A DNA stretch of 61,956 bases, filler included, from 7 parts of 7 records of this genome joined end to end with filler, not necessarily neighbours in it, one strand, 5' to 3'; numbered from the whole stretch's first letter, positions 40,190-51,144 are shown. Notes: generated by a model from the letters alone, not told the origin. Numbers and translations are program-made.

Positions 40190-40870
40190 TCACGGACTTG
40201 GGTCTCCCTTGTACACACCGGTCTCCACCCAGATCACGGCAAACCGGACCAGTTCGCCGCCGGTGTCCAGACAGAGTTTTTCCTTGAGCCGCTCCCGGTA
40301 GGTGCCCACGGTTTTGATGCTGATGTTGAGCTGATTGGCGATCTGTTTGGAGGTCCGGCCCCGGCCGATGAGGCGGAAGATTTCCAACTCCCGGTCCGAG
40401 ATCCGTTCAAGGGGAGAGCTATGGCCTGGGTCCGGCTGTTTTCTCAGGATATTGAGCAGCCGGCTCATGATATCGGGGCTGACATGGACATGGCCGTCCA
40501 TGATCTCCCGGATGGCCGTGACCACGGATTCCGAGGCTTCCTGCTTCATGATATACCCTTTGGCCCCGGCCATGAGGCAGCGTTCCGCATGGAGGGCTTC
40601 GTCATGCATGGACAGGACCAGGCTGGCGCAATAGCCGTAATGCTCGTGGATTTCCTTGACCAGGTCCATGCCGCTGCTGGCCTTGAGGGAAAGATCCACC
40701 ACCGCCAGGTGGGGCCGGCAGGACTGAATCAGGTCCAGGGCCGTTTCCACATCCTCGGCTTCTCCGCAGACCGCCATATCAGGTTCATGGTCGATCATTT
40801 CCTTGAGCCCCATCCTGAAAATGGGGTGGTCTTCTACAATGAGAATTTTAAAACAATCACTGGCCGTCAT
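40190..40870 (-). CDS. NarL/FixJ-family response regulator
   Basis: VEDHPIFR, VDLSL, VLSMHDE, SDRELEIF LuxR-type HTH. Confidence 0.95.
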   Translation of the reverse strand: MTASDCFKILIVEDHPIFRMGLKEMIDHEPDMAVCGEAEDVETALDLIQSCRPHLAVVDLSLKASSGMDLVKEIHEHYGYCASLVLSMHDEALHAERCLMAGAKGYIMKQEASESVVTAIREIMDGHVHVSPDIMSRLLNILRKQPDPGHSSPLERISDRELEIFRLIGRGRTSKQIANQLNISIKTVGTYRERLKEKLCLDTGGELVRFAVIWVETGVYKGDPSP

Positions 40871-43086
40871 TTCACCTCCAGGGTATCGGGCAGTTCCAGG
40901 GTGACCCGGGTGCCGGTGCCGGGCCGTCGGGATAAGTTCAGTTTTCCGTTTATACGGCCGGCCCTGTAGTACATGATCCTGACACCCATGCCGGCATGGC
41001 CCAAAGGTGGATCATACCCGGTTCCATTGTCCGTGACAATCAGTTTTATCACCCCCGGCTCCCGGGCCACGGTGATCCGGATGCGGCTGCATCCGGCATG
41101 CTTCACCGCATTGTGAACCGCTTCATGGACAATATAATAGGCATGGGTGGCGGTGTTATTGTCTGAAAACGGCTGGCCGCGGCTCTCCCCGGAATCCATT
41201 AGGCAGTCAATGTTAAACACCTGTTTTACGTACAGGGCCAGGGCGTCCAGGGACTGGTCAAACCGCCGGTCTTCAAGGTTTACCGGACTCAGTCCCTTGG
41301 ACAGGGTCCGGGTTTTTTCAATGGCATCCCGGATAAGGGATCTTATTTCACCGGTCCGGCCTGCTTCCTGGGCCGGATTGCTGCCCTCCCGGGCCAGGCG
41401 GCGGCTGAGCATTTTGGTCATGACTTCAATGCCTATGAGCTGGGGGCAGAGGTCATCGTGGAGGGCCATGGCAATTTTCTGCCGTTCATTCTGGCTGATG
41501 TCCAGAATTTCCCGCTCCAGCCGGCGGGATTCGGTAATGTCGGACATGGCGCCCAGGATGCAGGCCTCCCCCCAGAGATCCACCTTTTCTCCTGAAACCA
41601 GCCCCAGCCGTTTTTGTTTTTCAGTGGTGAGAAATTTTATTTCACGGTTGTGAACGGCCCGCCGGGACCTGATATCCCGGAACAACGCCCTTCCCGCTTC
41701 CCGGTTTTCAAAAAAAGAAAGGGCCAATAGTTCCCGGCCGATGAGGTCCAGAAGGTTGAACCCGGTGATGGAGAGGAAGCTGTCGTTTACATTGATGATC
41801 TTCCCGCTGTCCAGACTGGTGATGAACATGCCCGACGGACTGGACCTGAAGGCTTTGGAAAACATTTCTTCGGAGAGGCGGAGGGCCTGTTCATTCTGCT
41901 GCCGCTGGGCAATTTCCTTTCTCAGTTTTTTCGCATTGATTTCCAGCCGGTCCATGAACCGGTTGAAATACCCGGCCAGTTGTCCGATTTCATCGTTGGA
42001 GCGGACGGGCATCCTTACATTGAAATTTCCCGAAGCGCCTTGGTCAAACCGGGTCATCAGCGCCCTGAGGGGCCGGACCACCGAGGCATTGATCCAGAGG
42101 GAAAAGCCGAATACCAGCAGGGAAATGAGGATGACAATGATGATGATAACGGATTTCACCGTATCCAGGGGGGCGTATATCTCATCCAGATAGGTGGCCG
42201 AGGCAATGATCCAGTCGTATTCCGGCAGATAGTTGAAGATTACCAGTTTTTCCCGGGCAAGGGTTTCCTTGGGGTTTTTCCATGTATAGACAGCCTTGCC
42301 GGTTTTCATTTTGCAGATATTCCGGACAAAATAATTACCGTCCTCATCCCGGGCATCGTAAAAATTGCCCGACATAAACGGATGGACAATGAGGTTGCCC
42401 CGGCTGTCGTTGATATAGGCATACCCGCTTTTACCGAAGCGAAGGCTGAGAATGCTGGATTTGAAATCCTCTATTTTGACCAATTGCCGGAATTCTTCCC
42501 TATAGGAGGAGGCGGCGATAATCCAGTCCCAGGGTTCAAAATAGGCCATATACATGGCCTTTGGCCGGTAGGAGCTGTCTTCGGGGTTTCTCCAGTCGTA
42601 TTCCAGGTACCCGGTTTTTTTGCTGATCATCTGGTGGACAAAGACCCTGTCCATGAATTGTTTTCCGGCCACCCCCGGGTTGGGATGTTCAACGGCAATC
42701 CCCTTTGTATTTCCGCAGAAGATATACCCGGTTTTGCCCACGGTCTGGCTGAACATGATTTTCCGGCACAGGGCCTTGGCCGCCTCTTCACTGATCTCCT
42801 TGTTTTGGAAATCCGCATACACTCCCCGGACAATTTCCAGGTTTTTTTCCGCTATGGCCCTGAGATGGTTCTGGATGGAGGTGTCGGCCGCGGTTTTGAC
42901 CATGTTGAGAATGGTGGCCGTGGTATTGGTCAATTCGCTTTCAATATGGGTTTCGATTGTGGCCTCCACCCTCAGGACAATAATACCCCCCCCGATGAGC
43001 AGGGCGGATAAAAAGGCCAGGGTGTATCCGCCCAGGAGTTTGGACCGGATCCTCAGATCCATGAAAAATTGGAAAAACCGGTTCAT
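40867..43086 (-). CDS. Sensor histidine kinase (Cache-HAMP-PAS-HisKA_3)
   Basis: TM-Cache-TM-HAMP-PAS; ERQKIAMALHDDLCPQL, EAVHNAVKHA, DNGTG, GMG. Confidence 0.93.
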   Translation of the reverse strand: MNRFFQFFMDLRIRSKLLGGYTLAFLSALLIGGGIIVLRVEATIETHIESELTNTTATILNMVKTAADTSIQNHLRAIAEKNLEIVRGVYADFQNKEISEEAAKALCRKIMFSQTVGKTGYIFCGNTKGIAVEHPNPGVAGKQFMDRVFVHQMISKKTGYLEYDWRNPEDSSYRPKAMYMAYFEPWDWIIAASSYREEFRQLVKIEDFKSSILSLRFGKSGYAYINDSRGNLIVHPFMSGNFYDARDEDGNYFVRNICKMKTGKAVYTWKNPKETLAREKLVIFNYLPEYDWIIASATYLDEIYAPLDTVKSVIIIIVILISLLVFGFSLWINASVVRPLRALMTRFDQGASGNFNVRMPVRSNDEIGQLAGYFNRFMDRLEINAKKLRKEIAQRQQNEQALRLSEEMFSKAFRSSPSGMFITSLDSGKIINVNDSFLSITGFNLLDLIGRELLALSFFENREAGRALFRDIRSRRAVHNREIKFLTTEKQKRLGLVSGEKVDLWGEACILGAMSDITESRRLEREILDISQNERQKIAMALHDDLCPQLIGIEVMTKMLSRRLAREGSNPAQEAGRTGEIRSLIRDAIEKTRTLSKGLSPVNLEDRRFDQSLDALALYVKQVFNIDCLMDSGESRGQPFSDNNTATHAYYIVHEAVHNAVKHAGCSRIRITVAREPGVIKLIVTDNGTGYDPPLGHAGMGVRIMYYRAGRINGKLNLSRRPGTGTRVTLELPDTLEVK

Positions 43087-43237
43087 GCTTTAGTTGTATA
43101 CGCCATGGCCCTGTACAAGATCAACCGGTTTTTAGGCCCGGCCGGGTCCGGACAAAGGGCCTTTGATGATAAGGGTGTCAATGCCGGTTCGATGGGCCGG
43201 CGATTTCCTTCCGGGTGGTATGCCGGCCATGGGCTTT

Positions 43238-43726
43238 TTATCGGTCCGGCTCATCCTTAATCTCCGGGTACAATTCTTTCATACAATCAGGACAGATGCT
43301 ATGGCTGAAATCTGCGTCCGTATGTCTGGCAACATAAGACTCGACCTGATGCCAGAATCCCTCATCGTCTCTGATTTTTTTACATGTCGAGCAAATGGGT
43401 ATAATGCCCCTTAGCTGCTTTATTTCAGACAATGCGGTTTTGAGTTCTTTGTTTTTGCGATTCAGGATCGTCAGTGCTTTGGTTAATTCATAGGACCGTT
43501 TTATGAAGAAAAACAGAAACCAGAACATTAAAAAAAAGGATACCGTTAAAAATTCATCTATTTCATAGGCTTCATACCGCTGTGAAAATTCAACAATTTT
43601 TTCTAAAATGTCATATTTTCCGGCGATGAAATAGACGAAAACGGAAAAGATAAAAATGCAAAGCACTTCTATCCTCAGTTTTTGTTTTAATTTTTTAGGG
43701 GGACTTTCAGTCTCATTGTTCGTCAT
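43238..43726 (-). CDS. Two-TM protein with C-terminal IPIC..CKKIRD...SHSICP.C domain
   Basis: Two hydrophobic helices, a coiled coil and a four-Cys putative metal-binding module. Confidence 0.75.
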   Translation of the reverse strand: MTNNETESPPKKLKQKLRIEVLCIFIFSVFVYFIAGKYDILEKIVEFSQRYEAYEIDEFLTVSFFLMFWFLFFFIKRSYELTKALTILNRKNKELKTALSEIKQLRGIIPICSTCKKIRDDEGFWHQVESYVARHTDADFSHSICPDCMKELYPEIKDEPDR

Positions 43727-43852
43727 CCCAATGTCCCTTTGAAAAATGGGGTTAAACGGCCAAAAATCTGAAACGCAATTATAGGGAAGATATAGTCGAT
43801 TTTCACCGGTGTTTACAAGGTCTGTTTTGAAAAAAGAACCTCAATCCCCGGC

Positions 43853-44509
43853 TCAGAATGTATAGGCCATCCCAAAGGAATAGTTCATACCGCTTCCCAT
43901 GGAGTCCACCGACAGGTGAAGACCGTCAATATCCCTGAAATGCTGCCAGCGATACATTGCCCCTGCTGTCAGAAACCATTTTTGATCAAGATAATATGAA
44001 AATCCCAGCCCGCCGTTGACCGTATAGCCTGTGAAGGTGGAGTCCGTCCATGTGAGGCCGTTGTCATCGCTTCTGACGTTCTCAACATTCAACCAGGGCA
44101 CCCCTAAACCGACCAGGGCATAGGGTCTGAAACGTCCCTGGGGAAAGACATCGATCTTCACGTTAAAATCAATGACATTGTAATCGCTGTCCTGACCCCC
44201 TGTCAGCACATTAAAGGTGTCGTGCCCGACCCTCTGGTAAGAGAGTTCCCAGGCCCATCCCTCCAGCCGGTATCCCACAAAAACACCAAATCCCATGTCG
44301 CTGTCCACTGAGGGGACAACCGCGGCCTGGTTGCCTTCAGCATAATAATAGCCCGTATTCCCGTCAAAATCTTCACCAATACTATTGTGCACCAGGGATA
44401 TGCCGATATAAACCCCTTCCTTGATGGTAAAGTCTGATTCTTCAGCCCAAGCACCGGACACCGGGATTGAGATCATAAAAATACAGAATACAATTTTTTT
44501 TAACAGCAT
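43853..44509 (-). CDS. OmpA-like outer membrane beta-barrel protein
   Basis: Signal peptide, amphipathic strands, RPYALVGLG, terminal Phe. Confidence 0.85.
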   Translation of the reverse strand: MLLKKIVFCIFMISIPVSGAWAEESDFTIKEGVYIGISLVHNSIGEDFDGNTGYYYAEGNQAAVVPSVDSDMGFGVFVGYRLEGWAWELSYQRVGHDTFNVLTGGQDSDYNVIDFNVKIDVFPQGRFRPYALVGLGVPWLNVENVRSDDNGLTWTDSTFTGYTVNGGLGFSYYLDQKWFLTAGAMYRWQHFRDIDGLHLSVDSMGSGMNYSFGMAYTF

Positions 44510-44713
44510 GAGCCTTTCTCCTTATCGGAAATTTTATTAACCATCTGCGAATCAGTCTATATCCCCTGGTATTGAAAAAATCAATCGGGGTTTCCCTGGT
44601 TTTTATGGAAAAAATGAAATATTTTAAAAAATTATTGATTTCAGGATTACTTGGTTTTCGCAATATCCTGAAGTCCGGAAAACCTCAATGAGATGGTCGG
44701 GCGATTTAATATC

Positions 44714-44753
44714 AGGGTCCTGGTGAATAAAATATTCACCAGGACCCTTTTTT
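44714..44753. terminator. Strong 16-bp hairpin downstream of thiolase
   Basis: AGGGTCCTGGTGAATA/TATTCACCAGGACCCT; the T tract is on the + strand. Confidence 0.6.
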
Positions 44754-44799
44754 GCTTGGAAATGGCTGTTCAGCCGGCCGGGTGTTTGGCGAGCCGTGA

Positions 44800-45040
44800 T
44801 CAGATCATCTCAATGGCGCAGGCCATGGCGACCCCGCCGCCGCCGCAGAGGGTGGCAAGGCCCAGGGAGTCCCCGCGTTTTTTCATGGCATAGATCAGGG
44901 TGGTCATGATCCGGGCGCCGGTGGAGCCCACGGGGTGGCCCAGGCCGATGCCGGACCCGTTGACGTTGGTGATTTCCCGGTTGAGTCCCAACTCCTTTTC
45001 GCAGCCGATATACTGGGCGGCAAAGGCTTCGTTGACTTCC
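44800..45040 (-). CDS. Acetyl-CoA acetyltransferase (thiolase), 5'-partial
   Basis: NEAFAAQ, GHPVGSTG, LCGGGG. Confidence 0.93.
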
Positions 45041-45140
45041 NNNNNNNNNNNNNNNNNNNNNNNNNNNNNNNNNNNNNNNNNNNNTTAATTAATTAANNNN
45101 NNNNNNNNNNNNNNNNNNNNNNNNNNNNNNNNNNNNNNNN
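45041..45140. other. Artificial contig spacer
   Basis: 44 N + TTAATTAATTAA + 44 N. Confidence 0.98.
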
Positions 45141-46283
45141 CCATTCGCCGTCTTCCTTGACCTTGATCCAGGCAAGGCCTTTGGAGCCATAAATTTCAAC
45201 AAACTTGGTGTACTGATCGATCTCCTTGCGGGACAGGGTCGCACCGCCGGGAACGAGCATGACCTTGACCAGTTCGGAAGAAGCGAAAACCTTGAAGCCG
45301 GAGTTCTTGAACACGTCGGTGATGTCGATGTGCTTCAACTCGAAACGAAGGTCAGGCTTATCTACACCATAATAATTCATGGCGTCAGCAAAACTCATGC
45401 GAGGGAACTCGGCGGGCAGTTCCACGTCGATAGTTTCCTTGAACAGGGTCTTGACCATACCTTCGGCCATATCCTGAATCAGGGCTTCGTCGGTGAAGGA
45501 CATTTCGATATCGATCTGAGTGAACTCGGGCTGACGGTCAGCGCGCAGGTCCTCGTCGCGAAAGCATTTGACGATCTGGAAATACCGGTCCATGCCGGAA
45601 ACCATAAGCATCTGCTTGAACAACTGAGGGGACTGGGGCAAAGCGTAGAACTCGCCCTGATTGACGCGACTGGGCACCAAAAAGTCACGCGCCCCTTCAG
45701 GGGTGGACTTAGTCAGGACCGGAGTCTCGACTTCAAGGAAGCCGAGGGCGTCCAGATAGCGACGCACAGACTGGGCAGCCTTGTTGCGGATAATAAAATT
45801 CTTTGCCAACGAAGGCCGACGCAAATCGAGGAAGCGATACTTGAGGCGCAGGTTCTCGCCCACTTCCACACGATCTTCGATGGGGAACGGCGGTGTATCG
45901 GAGGTGTTAAGCAATTTGTACTCAAAAACCTCAATCTCCACTTCACCGGTGACCATATTCGGATTGGCCATACCTTCGGGACGAGGCCGGACCTTGCCCT
46001 TGATTGCCACCACATACTCGGGGCGGATGGCGTGGGCGCGTTCGTGTACCTCTGCATTTTCCTCAGGATTAAAGACCACCTGAGTCAAACCTTCACGGTC
46101 ACGCAGATCGAGGAAAATCAATCCCCCATGGTCACGTCGGAACTGGACCCAACCCATGAGGCAGACTTCTTCGTCCATATTGGCCGCGGTCAGCTGGTTA
46201 TTGTGATGCGTACGGCGCCAACCGGCAAGGTCTTCAATGACGCGAAACTCTTCGTAGTCCCGTTCTTCCTGATGTTCAGACAT
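45141..46283 (-). CDS. aspS: Aspartate-tRNA ligase (likely non-discriminating), 3'-partial
   Basis: [38 protein letters not shown]. Confidence 0.97.
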
Positions 46284-46343
46284 TATTTCTCCAATCTCTC
46301 AAATGATGTCGGTCCGAGCTTTGCCGAACCGCAATAGTCATAT

Positions 46344-47585
46344 TTATAATTTCGCCAAGTATTCTGAACGGCTCAGGGTTTCCTGATCACGCTCTTCTTC
46401 CATGTACTTGACGGTGATAGTCTCGTTTGCCAACTCATCGCCACCCATTATCAGGCAGACTTTTGCGCCGGATTTGTTGGCCGCACGCATGCGGGACTTC
46501 ATGGACCCGCCGGAAAAACTCGTTTCGCCCTTAAAACCTTTGTCGCGAAGCTGCTGGGCAAAGAGCATTGCGGCGTTGGCCGCGCCCTTGTCCACTACTG
46601 CGAGATAAAAGTCAGGTTTGTCCAACTCCACCTGATCCAACAACAGAGCCAAACGCTCCATGCCGCAGGCAAAACCCGTGGCAGGACAGTCTGCGCCACC
46701 GAGATTCTTGATCAGGCCGTCATAGCGGCCACCACCGGCAACGGCGGTCTGGGAACCGATGTCATAGGACGCCACCTCAAAACAGGTGCGCACATAATAA
46801 TCCAATCCGCGCACCAATCGGGGATTCAATTCGTAGGCAACACCGGCGCCATCCAAAATGGTCTTCACATCTGTAAAATGTGTTTCACATTCCTCGCACA
46901 GATGATCGGTTATGCTTGGGGCATCCGCCACTAAGTCCTTGCAGGCGGGCACCTTGCAATCAAGGACGCGCAACGGATTGGTTTCCATACGACGCTGGCA
47001 GTCTTCGCAAAACTGCTCCTTATCCTTGGACAAATAATAATCCACCAAAGCCTGCTTGTAGGTGGGACGACACTCGTGGCAGCCCAACGAATTCAACTCG
47101 ATAGTCAGCTTGGTCAGTCCGAGGCTGTTCAGAAAAGAGCGGAGCATGAGAATCAGCTCAGCATCAGCCTGTGCTTCGGGAGCACCAAAAATTTCGGCAT
47201 TGATCTGGTGGAACTGACGCTGACGGCCTTTTTGAGGACGCTCATAGCGAAACATCGGACCGAACGTGAAATATTTTGAAACCTTGCCGGGCTGATGTGT
47301 TTTTGATTCGATGAATGCACGGACAACACCTGCCGTGGCCTCAGGGCGCATGGTCAAGAAACGATTCTTGCGGTCAGGAAAAGTGAACATTTCCTTGCCC
47401 ACCACGTCTGTATCTTCACCGATGGATTTCTGGAACAACTCCGTCTTTTCCAAAATGGGTGTGCGCAATTCGCCAAACCCGTATCGCGTGAAGGCCTCAC
47501 GGGCCTGAGACTCCATAAATGAGAATTTGGCGGCCTCTTCTGGGAAAAGGTCCACGAATCCTTTGATTTTTTGTACTTTCGCCAT
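46344..47585 (-). CDS. hisS: Histidine-tRNA ligase
   Basis: RPEATA, FRYERPQKGR, RGLDYY, GGGRYD; start moved to MAKVQ. Confidence 0.97.
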   Translation of the reverse strand: MAKVQKIKGFVDLFPEEAAKFSFMESQAREAFTRYGFGELRTPILEKTELFQKSIGEDTDVVGKEMFTFPDRKNRFLTMRPEATAGVVRAFIESKTHQPGKVSKYFTFGPMFRYERPQKGRQRQFHQINAEIFGAPEAQADAELILMLRSFLNSLGLTKLTIELNSLGCHECRPTYKQALVDYYLSKDKEQFCEDCQRRMETNPLRVLDCKVPACKDLVADAPSITDHLCEECETHFTDVKTILDGAGVAYELNPRLVRGLDYYVRTCFEVASYDIGSQTAVAGGGRYDGLIKNLGGADCPATGFACGMERLALLLDQVELDKPDFYLAVVDKGAANAAMLFAQQLRDKGFKGETSFSGGSMKSRMRAANKSGAKVCLIMGGDELANETITVKYMEEERDQETLSRSEYLAKL

Positions 47586-47920
47586 GTCGCGTTCAATATC
47601 CTTAATAAGTGTCAGGTCGCTGGAACCGAATTTGGTTAGACCATTCGACGCCAATTGTCAAAAAATGACTATTGAACGCTCCTTTTTTTCGTCATTTTTC
47701 ACAACTCGCGCACAAACGATAAATCAATTTCAACTCAATGAACATATGAGTAGGCATTGACATCATTAAATCACGGGAGTATTTCCCAAAAAGTTTGTTG
47801 CAGAAATCAAATACGGATTTAGACGGCGAACAGAGCAGGCAAAGGGCCTGATTATTTTTTCAGCAACACTTGGCATTTTTGCCAAGCATTACCTCTTGAC
47901 CAATGATAAAGGAGTTACTG

Positions 47921-48295
47921 ATGGACGAGTTCAATGACATCTTGGAAGAAATGGACTTTCAATTCTTTGGAGCTGGCGAACATGGCATGAGCGTTGAAGA
48001 TATGCGCCACGCAATCGGCAACGATCACTTCCTTTTTCTGGATGTCCGCACCAACGAAGAAGTTGCCCACGTAGCCTTCCCGTTTGCCAAACACATTCCG
48101 CTCGACGAATTGCCGAAACGTCTGGATGAACTTCCCCGCGATAAATTCATTGTGACCTTCTGCGCGGCAGTATTCCGTGGTGCCATCGCTTTTGCCTACC
48201 TGCGAGCCAACGGCTTTGATGAAGTCAAAGGACTGACCGCATCGCTGGAAGACATGGTCATGCCATTCAAACCCGGCCCGCTGGCTAAAATCTAG
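47921..48295 (+). CDS. Single-domain rhodanese
   Basis: FLDVRT..E, HIPL..L, active-site FCAAVFRG; AAGGAG RBS. Confidence 0.88.
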   Translation: MDEFNDILEEMDFQFFGAGEHGMSVEDMRHAIGNDHFLFLDVRTNEEVAHVAFPFAKHIPLDELPKRLDELPRDKFIVTFCAAVFRGAIAFAYLRANGFDEVKGLTASLEDMVMPFKPGPLAKI

Positions 48296-48362
48296 CGTTT
48301 ATGCCGCGTCGTAGCAGACTTTCTGACACGACGCGGCTTATTTTTTATACGAGAATTATGGT

Positions 48363-49115
48363 ATGTCCACCCTTGAATTCATCATCGCGATCCTCTCATT
48401 CAGTCTGAGTTTTATTTTTGCCTTGGGTGGTGTCGGTTCGGCTCTCGTCCTCATTCCGACCCTGACATGGATGGGGGTCCCCTTGAGCATGGCACGACCA
48501 ACCGGCCTGTTTGTCAATGCCGTCTCCATGCTCGGTGCGACCTATTCCAATATCAAAGAAAAGCGTCTCGACTTTCGCCTTGGTGTACCCATCATCGTGG
48601 CCTCTATCCTTCTGGCACCGGCAGGAGCCTGGGTGGGACATCTTATGCCGACCCGCATGGTGCTCATAGTTTTCATCGGCTTTCTCATTTTCGCAGGAAG
48701 CATGATGATCTTTTTCAAGAGTTCAAAATATGCCGATCAATACCGAAAGGACAGACCTGTCTTCGGCCCGCTGCTGGTGGGGGTCGTCGCCGGTTTCTTC
48801 TCCGGTCTGCTCGGCGTAGGCGGTGGCGGACTTATTTCTCCACTCATGATCCTGCAAGGATTCAATCCTAAAAAAGTAGCCGCAGTGACGGCTCTCGCCG
48901 TTCCATTCTCTTCACTTTCGGCCTTTGCCGCTTACGCTGCCATGGGGTCCGTCTCTTGGCGACTGCTTATCTTCGCTGGCCTTGCTGCATGGGGCGGAGG
49001 GTACCTTGGCACCAAGGTCATGCAACGAAAAATGCGTCCCGGCACAGTCAAAAAATTCCTCGGTGGTGTCCTGCTCGCTCTCGCGATGAAACTCCTCTGG
49101 CAAACCCTTTCTTAG
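48363..49115 (+). CDS. TauE/SafE (TSUP) family sulfur-compound transporter
   Basis: GGVGS and SGLLGVGGG motifs; multiple TM segments. Confidence 0.9.
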   Translation: MSTLEFIIAILSFSLSFIFALGGVGSALVLIPTLTWMGVPLSMARPTGLFVNAVSMLGATYSNIKEKRLDFRLGVPIIVASILLAPAGAWVGHLMPTRMVLIVFIGFLIFAGSMMIFFKSSKYADQYRKDRPVFGPLLVGVVAGFFSGLLGVGGGGLISPLMILQGFNPKKVAAVTALAVPFSSLSAFAAYAAMGSVSWRLLIFAGLAAWGGGYLGTKVMQRKMRPGTVKKFLGGVLLALAMKLLWQTLS

Positions 49116-49229
49116 ATCCATCACAAACTGCAGATGCTTGTTCCCTGATAAAAACAAACACGCTATCGCACTCGATATGCATTTGACCTAAGAAGAAAAC
49201 TCCTCCAAACTTATGGCTGGAGGACGATC

Positions 49230-51128
49230 ATGACTATAACCACGGCCTGCACCATGGACTGCGGGGACGCCTGTTCCCTTCTTGTCGACACAGACAAAAA
49301 ATCCATCAAAGGCAATCCCAAGCACCCGTTTACCAAAGGCTTCTGCTGCAAAAAAGGCAGCCGGTATTTCGAACGTCTTGACGCCGAGGACCGCATTGTC
49401 ACGCCTCTCATCAGGGAAAACGGTAAATTTCAAGAAGCTTCATGGGATGAAGCCATGGATTTGGTGGTAAAAAAACTGGATACAGCACGAGCTGTGCCTG
49501 AATCCATTCTGCACATTCACGGACACGGCTACCGTGGAATACTCGGCAAAGCGAGTGACATTCTCTTCAACAAGCTTGGGTCCTCCACCACATATGGCGC
49601 GGTCTGCGACGACACAGGTATCACCGCGTCCATCCGAGATTTTGGTGTCCTCAACCACAACGCTCCTGAAGATATCCTGAACGCCAGCCGCGTTATCAAC
49701 TGGGGACGCGACCTGACACGATGTTCCATCCACCAGCTCGCGCTCATCCACAAGGCTCGTAAAAACGGCACCGAGGTGCTGACCATCTCCCCCGGCGGAG
49801 ACGGCACCGCAGAATTTTCCGATGTCAACGTCGTTATCCGTCCCGGCACAGACCGATTCCTGGCTGCCGCTGTCCTCAAACTCTATCTGGAAGCCGGCGA
49901 CCTCAATCCGTGGGTTCTGAATCGTACGTTCAACTGGCCCGCCCTTCGAGGTCTTATCGACGGCATGAGTTTCAATGAGTTGTGCTCGGCTTGCGAAGTA
50001 TCATCTTCGGATGTCGAGATGATTTACGACTGGTATGCCGACACAGGCAACGTTGCCACGATCATCAGCTGGGGTGTCCAACGCCATGTTTTTGGCGGCG
50101 AAAACGTCCGCTTCATCAATGCGTTGGCAATGATTTCCGGCAACATCGGCGTTCCCGGGGGAGGGGCATATTTCAATGTTTCCTCAGGCCGTGATCTCGG
50201 TACTTGGGAGCATCTGGTCACAGGAGGCAACTCGGCTAAACGCCGTGAACTTCTCATCCAAAACATTGGTGCTGAAATACAAAAAGCGACCCCACCCATC
50301 GAGTTCATCTGGGTGGACGGGCACAACATCGTCAATCAGGTCCCGGATTGCCTTTCGATAGTCGAGGCCTTTGCCAAACCCTTTGTGGTCGTAGTGGACG
50401 GATTCATGAACGACACAGCCATGCAAGCTGATGTCATCCTCCCGCCCGCCTTCATGTTTGAACGTGAAGATGTGCTCGGCTCATTTGTCCACAATTACGT
50501 GAACCACTGTGCAGCAGTCGTCAAACCACGCGGTCAATGCCGATGCGACTTCGACATATACAGCGACTTAGGCTCACGCCTGACCGACCCCATCACTTTC
50601 CCGGACAGCGAGACCTGTATTAGGGAAGGACTGAAGCAGGCCGACATCTCTTATGATGAACTCATGGAAAACGGATTCGTTAAAGTACACCACCCTTCCG
50701 TGGCCTTTGAAAACATGCAGTTCGGCCATCTGGACGGGTTATATCGTTTCCCGGAAGAGCTTCACCCAGAGCCACAACGCGACCCGGATTACCCCTTGCA
50801 ACTCCTCTCTTTAGTGAGTGGCAAATATCTTCACTCCCAAATCCCGGAAAAAGATCAAGCTGGAGCTCCGGTGGTTTTTGTGTCTAAACAAAATCCGGCA
50901 TGGGGCGCACTCAATCCAGCCATGGACACCTACCTCGTCACACCGGAAGGCGCGATGCAGGTCAAGGTTGATACCGTAGAGGACCTGCACCCCCGTGCGG
51001 TTATCATCCGTCGTGGCGGGTGGATGAAATATGGACAAAATGCTAATGTCATCATCAAGCCCATGATGACGGACATGGGTGATGGGACAGCGTATTACAG
51101 CCAAAGCTGTCGATTGGAAAACAGATAA
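49230..51128 (+). CDS. Cytoplasmic molybdopterin-dependent oxidoreductase
   Basis: CTMDCGDAC, HPFTKGFCC, SWDEA, RPGTD, ADVILP; no Tat signal. Confidence 0.9.
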   Translation: MTITTACTMDCGDACSLLVDTDKKSIKGNPKHPFTKGFCCKKGSRYFERLDAEDRIVTPLIRENGKFQEASWDEAMDLVVKKLDTARAVPESILHIHGHGYRGILGKASDILFNKLGSSTTYGAVCDDTGITASIRDFGVLNHNAPEDILNASRVINWGRDLTRCSIHQLALIHKARKNGTEVLTISPGGDGTAEFSDVNVVIRPGTDRFLAAAVLKLYLEAGDLNPWVLNRTFNWPALRGLIDGMSFNELCSACEVSSSDVEMIYDWYADTGNVATIISWGVQRHVFGGENVRFINALAMISGNIGVPGGGAYFNVSSGRDLGTWEHLVTGGNSAKRRELLIQNIGAEIQKATPPIEFIWVDGHNIVNQVPDCLSIVEAFAKPFVVVVDGFMNDTAMQADVILPPAFMFEREDVLGSFVHNYVNHCAAVVKPRGQCRCDFDIYSDLGSRLTDPITFPDSETCIREGLKQADISYDELMENGFVKVHHPSVAFENMQFGHLDGLYRFPEELHPEPQRDPDYPLQLLSLVSGKYLHSQIPEKDQAGAPVVFVSKQNPAWGALNPAMDTYLVTPEGAMQVKVDTVEDLHPRAVIIRRGGWMKYGQNANVIIKPMMTDMGDGTAYYSQSCRLENR

Positions 51129-51144
51129 AACATTGAGGGAAGTT

